Assembly (NCBI GenBank): GCA_041577295.1
Contig: JBFGJG010000058.1
Coordinates: 1 to 23,533 of the forward strand
Source of the DNA: Gemmatimonadales bacterium
GTDB taxonomy: Bacteria > Gemmatimonadota > Gemmatimonadetes > Gemmatimonadales > GWC2-71-9
Length of the DNA: 23,533 bases
Reading direction: 5' to 3'
Shown in pieces: positions 16,879 to 23,533 of the stretch. The notes below the pieces were generated by a model. The model was not told the origin of the DNA. It made no database searches and saw only the letters and a program-made list of their open reading frames with translations. Within the stretch, counting starts at the first letter, position 1. Every line of letters starts with the position of its first letter. The translations under genes and the position numbers were made by a program.

Positions 16879-16951
16879 GGCGGTATCGTCTAGGGGACTA
16901 GGACGCTGCCCTCTCAAGGCAGAAACACGGGTTCGAATCCCGTTACCGCTA
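16879..16951 (+). tRNA. tRNA-Glu (CTC)
   Basis: Acceptor stem GGCGGTA/TACCGCT, anticodon arm CTGCC-CTCTCAA-GGCAG, T-loop GGTTCGAATCC. CCA is not encoded. Confidence 0.96.
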
Positions 16952-16978
16952 TGCCAAAAGGTCTCGCCGACTTGTCCC

Positions 16979-17050
16979 GCCCCCATCGTCTAACGGCTAG
17001 GACACCACTCTTTCAAGGTGGGAATAGGGGTTCGATTCCCCTTGGGGGCA
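16979..17050 (+). tRNA. tRNA-Glu (TTC)
   Basis: Acceptor stem GCCCCCA/TGGGGGC, anticodon arm CCACT-CTTTCAA-GGTGG, T-loop GGTTCGATTCC. CCA is not encoded. Confidence 0.96.
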
Positions 17051-17055
17051 TGAAA

Positions 17056-17113
17056 AGAGTGCAGAGTGAGCAGGACTCCGCTCACCCGTTCTGCACTCTG
17101 CAATCTGCACTTT
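17056..17113 (+). terminator. Stem-loop after the tRNA pair
   Basis: AGAGTGCAGA...TCTGCACTCT inverted repeat with an inner GTGAGC/GCTCAC stem, built from TCTGCAC heptamers. Confidence 0.5.
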
Positions 17114-17238
17114 CGTAAGCGCCTGGTAAGTCCCATCGCCCATCGCGTCACCGTCGTGTAACCGCCGTCCATCACGTTTGTCCGTAGCAGCCGTGGTTTC
17201 AGGAACCACGGGGAGAGACGTGACGGACGGAGGATCCA

Positions 17239-18708
17239 ATGAAACAGACATTACTACTCGACCGCGCGGCGGTGATCGTGCTCGTGGCACTACTCGCTGT
17301 GGGTTGTTCTGACAATGCGACCCAGCCCGGCGAACCGGTGGCCCGGGTGGATGTAGCGCCTACCGCGCCAAGCCTGACGGTCGGTGGAACGGTCCAACTG
17401 TCCGCCACCGTTCGCGATCGCAACAACCAGGAGCTACCAGACCGGCCCGTGAGTTGGTCGAGCGATCGAGCGGCGATCGCGACGGTGTCGTCCGCAGGCT
17501 TGGTGACGGCGCGTGACGTCGGGACGGCCATCATCACCGCCGCCAGTGGGGGGAAGCAGGCTACGGCGACCGTTACCGTAACGGGATCGCAGACACCGAT
17601 CGCGAGCATCACGCTCGACCGCACCTCGGCAACGCTTGCCGAGGGAGACCAGACCCAATTCATCGCCACACCCCGGGACGCAGAGGGAAAGCCACTTCAG
17701 GGACGGTCGCTGACGTGGACCTCGAGCGATCCCAGCGTGGCGACGGTGACTGCCACCGGCGTCGTCACCGCGATCCGCGCGCAGACGACTACCGTCGCCG
17801 TGAACGGCGAAGGAAAGACGGCCACGGCAGCGGTGAGGGTTACGGCCGACTACCCGTACGAGTTGGTTCACAGTGGATGGTCGGATCCGTTTGCCGCGGC
17901 GCGGTTGTATACGCTGCGCCTGGGAGACGGTTCCTCGAGGCCGCTGCTGCCGCCGGATGTGCTGCCGGATGTCGCGTTCGGCCAACCTGCGGTGTCTCCC
18001 GATGGTCGTCGAATTGCCATGGCCGGCTACGACGGAACCGCGGACGCCAACTACATCTTCGTGGTCAATGCCGATGGATCTGATCTGAAGCAGCTCACCG
18101 CTGGTGGCTACGAGACCCAGCCGGCATGGTCCCCCGACGGGGCGAAGATCGCCTACGTGGTGCGGCCGCGGGGTGGGGAAGGTGATATCTGGGTCATGAA
18201 TGCGGACGGCACGGACGCGGTGAACCTCACGGGTGGGATGAATTCACTGAATCAGTATTCACCAGCGTGGTCCGGTGACCTTCCGGGCGGCGTGCGCATT
18301 GCCTTTGGTGAAGGCAACGCCTCCTACTCCAACCTGTGGACCATGCGCCCCGATGGCACCGACCGGCAGCGAGTCACGTCTGGTACCAGCTGGTGGGATG
18401 ATGATCCTTCGTGGTCTCCGGATGGTACCAAACTGGTCTTTTCGCGCGAGGGACCGGGGACCGAGGGGTACGACATTTGGGTGATCGATGTGACTGGTGC
18501 GAACGCGAAGTCACTCGTCAAGCTTCCCTTCGGCCAAGGGTACCCCGAATTCTCGCCCGATGGCCGGCTGGTTGTGTTCAACTCGTCCCACGACGAGGAC
18601 CCCGCGAATTGGTTTGTGATTTACACCGTGTGGAGTGACGGGACGAAGCTGGCGCGGCGCACGTTCGACCCGCCGTTCAGTATCCGACCAGCGTGGAGAA
18701 GGCGGTGA
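17239..18708 (+). CDS. Lipoprotein with two Big_2 Ig-like domains and a TolB-like PD40 beta-propeller
   Basis: GGAGG RBS and lipobox LAVGC. WSSDRAAIATVS..GLVTA and WTSSDPSVATV..GVVTA (Big_2), plus repeated P.WSPDG and FSPDG motifs. Confidence 0.9.
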   Translation: MKQTLLLDRAAVIVLVALLAVGCSDNATQPGEPVARVDVAPTAPSLTVGGTVQLSATVRDRNNQELPDRPVSWSSDRAAIATVSSAGLVTARDVGTAIITAASGGKQATATVTVTGSQTPIASITLDRTSATLAEGDQTQFIATPRDAEGKPLQGRSLTWTSSDPSVATVTATGVVTAIRAQTTTVAVNGEGKTATAAVRVTADYPYELVHSGWSDPFAAARLYTLRLGDGSSRPLLPPDVLPDVAFGQPAVSPDGRRIAMAGYDGTADANYIFVVNADGSDLKQLTAGGYETQPAWSPDGAKIAYVVRPRGGEGDIWVMNADGTDAVNLTGGMNSLNQYSPAWSGDLPGGVRIAFGEGNASYSNLWTMRPDGTDRQRVTSGTSWWDDDPSWSPDGTKLVFSREGPGTEGYDIWVIDVTGANAKSLVKLPFGQGYPEFSPDGRLVVFNSSHDEDPANWFVIYTVWSDGTKLARRTFDPPFSIRPAWRRR

Positions 18709-18718
18709 GTGGTGAGTA

Positions 18719-18773
18719 GGGAAACGGGAAAAGGGAACGGGGAAAAGTAGCCGTTTCCCTTTTCCCGTCTCCC
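18719..18773. terminator. Long inverted repeat between convergent genes (likely bidirectional terminator)
   Basis: GGGAAACGGGAAAAGGGAACGG-N10-CCGTTTCCCTTTTCCCGTCTCCC. Confidence 0.65.
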
Positions 18774-18785
18774 GCCAACCCTCCG

Positions 18786-20936
18786 CTACAGCACTCCGGT
18801 GGCGCTGACCCCCACCCACACGTGACGACCCGGGGCATCGACGCCGCTCGAGTGTGTGCGGTAGAGCTCATCCGTGATGTTCTCGACACCCACCGAGAGG
18901 CTCACGTTGGGGCGAACCTCCGTGCCGGCACGAAACCCCTGCACGAAGTGCCCGGGAGTACCGCCAGCGGGGATGCGCGGGTCGGTGAGGTCTCTGCTGC
19001 CCAGCCGATCCTGCGTCGTGGACCAGCGTACGATGTACTCCACCCAGAAGGGGTAGCTTGGCAGCGTCCATCGAAGGCTAGCAGTCCCCGTGAGCGGGGG
19101 GATCTTGGACATCGGCTCCTCGATCCCATCCGCGCCCTGTTGATCACCATGCGTGAAGAGGACGGCGGTGCGTCCCTCGAATGGGCCAAAGCGCCGCATC
19201 GCCTCCGCCTCGAACCCAACGATCCGCGCGGCGCCGATGTTCACTGCTTGGAACACACGCTCGTCATTGAACAACGTGTCGCCGCGAAACGTGCCCGGTG
19301 CTCGGTCGATGAAATCACGGATCCGCGTACGGTACAGAGTCACCGCCAGCGCGCCGCGATGGGTGAGGTAGCGCACGCCGAAATCGAGACTGAGGGAGCG
19401 CTCGGGCATCGCGTCCGGGTTGGGAACGGAGATGCCGCCCGGTACCGGACCCACGCGTGTGAGGTCATACAGGTTGGGCGCTCGGAATCCTTCAGCCATC
19501 CTCACGGCCACACGCCACTCGGGCGAAGGAATGGCCACCAGCCCCACCTGCGCGGTGAAATCCGAGCTCATATTCTCGACGAAGCCGCCGAACTCTTCTC
19601 CAACGTCGGCCTCGTTGCGGAACCGACTCCAACGGCCGCCGATCTCGAGCTTGAACGATGGCGCAATGAACGTCTCCGCCGAGAGGAACAGGCCCATGCG
19701 ATCGCCGTTGGCGCCATCGGGAAAGTTCCCGGCCGGCACTATTCCCCCATCGCTCGCACTTCTGACGATGGGGGTCTCGAGGCCGGTCTGGAGATTTTCC
19801 TGGGCGCCGCGGCTTTCTAGGCGGTCATGGTAGAACTCACCGCCCCACCGGAGCGTCACCGTACGATCCGCCAGCTCGAGCTGGCTGGAACCCAGCAGAC
19901 TCACCCCGGGCGTGTAGACGTCATCCCGCCACTCTTCTCGCATCGTGTCGGGCTCGCCGCTGTCGAGCAGGCGCACGCGCTGACGGCCCTCCCGCTGAAT
20001 TGCCAGGCTCACCGTCGCTTGCAACTGGGAGATGAATCCGTACGGCGGAGTGAACGTGTACCGCACGTAACCGAGTTGGCGGGCTTGAGGACTGAACAGG
20101 TGCTCCGCGTCGCGGCCGGGCTCGGGGGCACGAAACGTGACGTACCGGTCGTACCGCGGCACGTCGTCCATCTGGAAGTGCTGACCGACCGCGGTGACGG
20201 TGTGGCTTTGGCTCGGGTGGTACGTGAACTCGAGATCGAGTCCGTTGGCGTCGAACCCCGTCGGTACCTGTCGCCCCAAGCCTTCGCCGGCCCTGAGATC
20301 GCCCGCGTTCGCGAGCGTTCCTCCGCCGGCAAGGCTCCATTTGGCTCCCGCCGCACCGGCCGAGACCCGCGTCCGGTACCCCATGTTGCTGGTGGATCCA
20401 TTGAGCGCGACGCGTACGCTGCGCGTACCAACGAATGGATGGGTCTTGGTGATGATGTTGACGACGCCACCTTGCGCATCCGACCCATACAGCACAGATG
20501 CTGGGCCGCGAATGATCTCGATCCGCTCGATCATCTCCGGATCGATGGTGGCGAGGTACTGACCGGGGCCATCGCGATACGTGCCGTTGTTGAGTGGCAC
20601 GCCGTCAACGAGATACAGCACCTGGTTTCCGACCAGCCCGCGCAGCACCACCGCGCCCTGACCTGCGGACGTCTGCTGGATGAACACGCCCGGGAGATCC
20701 CGGAGCAAATCCACGGCAATCGGGCTCGCCGCGCGGGATCCCAGATGTGGAATGGACAACGACAGCGCGGCGGACTGCTCGAGCCGCGCCGTGCCAACCG
20801 TACGTGTGGCCGTAACCACGACCTCAGAGAGGTTGATGGCGCTGTCGCGGGGCGGTGGCTGTTGTGACTGCAGCGTAAAGGCTCCAGTCACCGCCAGGGT
20901 TGCTGCTATGATCATAGCGGGTCGAAATGTACTCAC
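18786..20936 (-). CDS. TonB-dependent receptor
   Basis: Signal peptide, EVVVTATR, LRDLPGV, LVDGVP, IERIEIIRGPASVLYGSDAQGGVVNIIT (plug), FRAP and GVENITDELY. Confidence 0.94.
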   Translation of the reverse strand: MSTFRPAMIIAATLAVTGAFTLQSQQPPPRDSAINLSEVVVTATRTVGTARLEQSAALSLSIPHLGSRAASPIAVDLLRDLPGVFIQQTSAGQGAVVLRGLVGNQVLYLVDGVPLNNGTYRDGPGQYLATIDPEMIERIEIIRGPASVLYGSDAQGGVVNIITKTHPFVGTRSVRVALNGSTSNMGYRTRVSAGAAGAKWSLAGGGTLANAGDLRAGEGLGRQVPTGFDANGLDLEFTYHPSQSHTVTAVGQHFQMDDVPRYDRYVTFRAPEPGRDAEHLFSPQARQLGYVRYTFTPPYGFISQLQATVSLAIQREGRQRVRLLDSGEPDTMREEWRDDVYTPGVSLLGSSQLELADRTVTLRWGGEFYHDRLESRGAQENLQTGLETPIVRSASDGGIVPAGNFPDGANGDRMGLFLSAETFIAPSFKLEIGGRWSRFRNEADVGEEFGGFVENMSSDFTAQVGLVAIPSPEWRVAVRMAEGFRAPNLYDLTRVGPVPGGISVPNPDAMPERSLSLDFGVRYLTHRGALAVTLYRTRIRDFIDRAPGTFRGDTLFNDERVFQAVNIGAARIVGFEAEAMRRFGPFEGRTAVLFTHGDQQGADGIEEPMSKIPPLTGTASLRWTLPSYPFWVEYIVRWSTTQDRLGSRDLTDPRIPAGGTPGHFVQGFRAGTEVRPNVSLSVGVENITDELYRTHSSGVDAPGRHVWVGVSATGVL

Positions 20937-21131
20937 ATTCCGCGGTCATAACGGTGGGCTCTGTCGGCGGATGCGACGCGCCCGATCTCGGCATTCGGTG
21001 CTACACTTGCCGGTTGGGGAAGTTGCTATTGGGGTGGGATTGGGCTGAGGAGGCTCCGGCCTCACGCGCATCGTGACTATTCCCCTACATTGGTGTACCA
21101 GTTGCAGAGCGATACGTCGCCGGAGGCAGAC

Positions 21132-21566
21132 ATGCAAATCAAGAGGCGCGCTATCTGGGTGGTGCTGGGAGTGTTGTTCACGGTTTCAGCCTGTGCGGCC
21201 GGCACGTCCGGGAGCCAGGATGATTTCGACCTGGACGCGCTCGACGAACGGGCTCGTGAGCTGACGCTCGACGTGGAGAATCAGAACTTCTACGACGCCG
21301 AGCTGTATGCCGTTGCCAGCGGCACGGCAACCCGTCAGCGACTCGGCTACGTGCGGGCGTACAGCAAGGAGGTGTTCACCTTCCCCTGGGTTTACGCCAG
21401 CGAGCTGCGCATCGAGATCAATCTGGTATCAGTTGGTCGCTACTTCACCCCACCAATGCCTGTGGAGCAGGGCGACGAGTTACGGTTGGTTGTGGAGCCG
21501 GATCTGCATCGTAAGCAGCCGGCTGGCATTCCCCGAGTTCCGGGGGAGGATGGGCGAAGACGGTAG
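21132..21566 (+). CDS. Hypothetical lipoprotein (tandem paralog 1)
   Basis: GGAGG before ATG 21132, lipobox VSAC, beta-rich domain similar to the next gene. Confidence 0.82.
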   Translation: MQIKRRAIWVVLGVLFTVSACAAGTSGSQDDFDLDALDERARELTLDVENQNFYDAELYAVASGTATRQRLGYVRAYSKEVFTFPWVYASELRIEINLVSVGRYFTPPMPVEQGDELRLVVEPDLHRKQPAGIPRVPGEDGRRR

Positions 21567-21629
21567 TCTGGACGATTTGATAGTGGTGTCGGCGAGCCCG
21601 ATGCTCTGGGCTCGATCAAGGAGGTAAGG

Positions 21630-22022
21630 ATGTCTCGTAAAGTCTGTGGGGCCGCCGTGATGCTGGCCTTGCTCATAGCCGGTTGTGCGGCTGGAACGGG
21701 TGCGGTGGCCAACGGAGATTCAGATCTGCTGGATCAAGAGCCCCGGCGCGAGCTCACCGTTGAGGTCAAGAATCTCAACTTCTATGATGCCGAGTTGTAT
21801 CTGACGGATCTGGTGCAACGTACCCGGCTGGGGTTCGTAGGCGGTAACTCCACGCAGACGTTTGAGTTTCGCTGGTCGTCACCGCGCACGCTGCGCATCG
21901 AGATCCATCTCGTGTCTGTCGGCACCTACTTCAGTGATGCCTTGCCGGTCGAGGAAGGGGACGAGCTGGAGTTGGTCATCGAGCCAGATCTGCACCGCCA
22001 GCGGCCGAGTAGAACGCGGTGA
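21630..22022 (+). CDS. Hypothetical lipoprotein (tandem paralog 2)
   Basis: AAGGAGGT RBS, lipobox IAGC. Shares REL, NFYDAELY, RLG, LRIEI.LVSVG.YF, PVE.GDEL and EPDLHR with the preceding gene. Confidence 0.85.
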   Translation: MSRKVCGAAVMLALLIAGCAAGTGAVANGDSDLLDQEPRRELTVEVKNLNFYDAELYLTDLVQRTRLGFVGGNSTQTFEFRWSSPRTLRIEIHLVSVGTYFSDALPVEEGDELELVIEPDLHRQRPSRTR

Positions 22023-22042
22023 ATTACAGGTAACTGCGGTAC

Positions 22043-22064
22043 GGAGTGAGGAGTGAGGAGTGAG
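22043..22064. repeat. GGAGTGA heptamer x3
   Basis: ggagtga ggagtga ggagtga g in intergenic sequence, one of several similar junction repeats. Confidence 0.7.
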
Positions 22065-22150
22065 CAGGCATCTTTGAACCCAGGCTCCTGGGGGCGGACC
22101 GCATCCCACCAATCTTGCCTCTCCCGCCGCAACTAGTGAGAAAACCAGGT

Positions 22151-22684
22151 GTGACCAAGACAGTTTCCCTGCTCATCCTCTTTCTAGCCACCTGGGTCGC
22201 AGCTAGCACCTCTCTCGCCGCTCAGGCGAGCAATCCAAGTGAGCCCAACGACGGGACGGTAGGGCACGCCGTGCTGGGTGGGTTGGCCGGAGGATATGGA
22301 GGGCTGATCTTGGGCACCGTCGCTTCCCGAGTCACCTGCCGTCCACGCGAGGACTGCTCCCCTATTCCCTCAGCGCTGCTCTCAGCTGCCGGAATCACGG
22401 TCGGTTCGTATGCGGGCATGACCGATCGCAACCGCGCATATGGGGGAATGATCGGGACGGGGGTCGGGGTCTTGAGTGGCGCGTTGATCTACGGCATCTG
22501 GGCTTCGGTTCGGTCCGACCATGCGGATCCATTCACGGCGTTGGGTGCTGCGATCGTCGCGGGTGGATTGGGGGCGATCGTGGGGACGGCGGTGTCGGGG
22601 AGTAGGGAGGGAGCCCTGGCGGGTGAAGATCTGCGTCGAGAAAGGGGCGTGCGCATCGGCATTCCGGTGCAGCTGTTCTTCTAA
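22151..22684 (+). CDS. Hypothetical exported or membrane protein with glycine-zipper helices
   Basis: Signal peptide MTKTVSLLILFLATWVAASTSLAAQ, GxxxG repeats (GGLAGGYGGLILG, GTGVGVLSG, GGLGAIVG), a C-x5-C pair and C-terminal IPVQLFF. Confidence 0.65.
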   Translation: MTKTVSLLILFLATWVAASTSLAAQASNPSEPNDGTVGHAVLGGLAGGYGGLILGTVASRVTCRPREDCSPIPSALLSAAGITVGSYAGMTDRNRAYGGMIGTGVGVLSGALIYGIWASVRSDHADPFTALGAAIVAGGLGAIVGTAVSGSREGALAGEDLRRERGVRIGIPVQLFF

Positions 22685-22718
22685 GGCATGGCTCGTTTGG
22701 CGTAGACCTGGGAGCGAC

Positions 22719-23087
22719 ATGTTTCGGGTAAAGCGGGTGTACGACGAGCCGTCGCACAGCGACGGGACCAGGATCCTCGTAGACGGACTGTGGCCCCGTG
22801 GGGTATCGAAGGAGGAGGCACGGGTCGTCGAATGGATGAGGGAGATTGCGCCCAGCGCCGCGCTGCGAAATTGGTTCAAGCACGATCCGGTGAAGTGGGT
22901 GGAGTTCCAGCGGCGCTACGCCCGTGAGCTCGAGGCAAACAGCGAGCTAGTCGACAGACTGCGACGTTTGGCTGACGGCAAGACCGTCACGCTTGTCTAT
23001 GCCGCGAAGGATCCACAGCACAACAACGCCGTTGCGCTCAAGGCCTATCTGGATGGGCGGGTGTCGAAAGGGAATAGAGCCAGGTGA
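22719..23087 (+). CDS. DUF488 family (YeaO-like) protein
   Basis: GGAG before ATG 22719. VKRVYD, DGTRILVD.LWPRGVSKE, IAPS..LR.WF.HDP, VTLVYAAKD..HNNAVALK. Confidence 0.92.
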   Translation: MFRVKRVYDEPSHSDGTRILVDGLWPRGVSKEEARVVEWMREIAPSAALRNWFKHDPVKWVEFQRRYARELEANSELVDRLRRLADGKTVTLVYAAKDPQHNNAVALKAYLDGRVSKGNRAR

Positions 23088-23129
23088 GCCCACCTCATCC
23101 GGAGCGCTAGGGCGTGCTCACCGCCGTGC

Positions 23130-23533
23130 TCACCTGAGCGCCTGCGCGAAGTCGTCGATGAGATCATCCAGGTTCTCGATGCCCACGGAGCAGCGGATGA
23201 GGTTCTCGGGGATCCCCAGGCGTGCGCGGTCTTCCGGTGTCAGTTCAACATGGCTGGTCACCGCCGGTGGTCCGATGAGCGTGCCCACCGAGCCGAGGCT
23301 CGCGGCGCGATGTGCGTAGCGCAGCTTCTCGAGAAACCGTTTCACGGCATCGAAGTCTCCGCGCAGCAGGAAGCTCACCACCCCACCAAAGCCCCGCATC
23401 TGCCGTGCGGCGATTTCGTGTCCGGGGTCGCCTTCGAGTCCGGGGTAGAAGACGCTCTCGACCCGCGCGTGGTCACACAGATACCGCGCTAACCCGTGCG
23501 CATTCTCGTTCTGCCGTAGCACGCGCAGCTCGA
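23130..23533 (-). CDS. Cys/Met metabolism PLP-dependent enzyme (cystathionine gamma-synthase/lyase family), C-terminal part only
   Basis: VFYPGL, HEIAARQMRGFGGVVSF, AASLGSVGTLI..P..TSH and LIRCSVGIENLDDLIDD. The 5' part lies outside the window. Confidence 0.92.
   Translation of the reverse strand, partial: ELRVLRQNENAHGLARYLCDHARVESVFYPGLEGDPGHEIAARQMRGFGGVVSFLLRGDFDAVKRFLEKLRYAHRAASLGSVGTLIGPPAVTSHVELTPEDRARLGIPENLIRCSVGIENLDDLIDDFAQALR

Noticed and set aside
18822..20867. Plus-strand ORFs of 332 and 346 aa
   Set aside because: Antisense to the TonB-dependent receptor, with no independent coding evidence.
21091..21100. TGGTGTACCA near-palindrome as a GntR-type operator
   Set aside because: Single short imperfect site with no regulator gene nearby, so it could be chance.
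17050..23533. Possible genomic island integrated at tRNA-Glu
   Set aside because: No integrase or transposase, no duplicated tRNA 3' end seen and no evident composition shift.
1..23533. CRISPR array, rRNA or riboswitch
   Set aside because: No regularly spaced 25-40 bp repeats or recognisable RNA consensus. The short junction repeats have no spacers.

Overview
GC-rich bacterial chromosomal segment. The gene content (membrane Ser/Thr kinase-TPR protein, Big_2/PD40 lipoprotein, M61-PDZ peptidase, tandem small lipoproteins) suggests Gemmatimonadota, which is an inference. It holds about 20 CDS and two tRNA-Glu genes, with no recognisable mobile element or CRISPR array. The most notable feature is two paralogous, outward-facing polyphosphate kinase 1 (PPK1) genes: <1..2718 on the minus strand (missing from the ORF track because it runs off the edge) and 13089..16271 on the plus strand. 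Both carry the same ~380-aa N-terminal extension, which reads as a degenerate CYTH domain followed by a degenerate Nudix domain. Each lies directly downstream of a kinase-fold gene (an exported CotH-like protein and a membrane Ser/Thr kinase). A second hidden signal is a pair of unannotated ~38-aa hydrophobic ORFs (6580..6844, minus) behind a sigma54 -24/-12 motif, an IHF-like dyad and an 11-bp-period enhancer-like repeat. Short 7-8-mer purine/pyrimidine-skewed repeats mark many gene junctions. All assignments come from reading motifs by eye; no searches were run.
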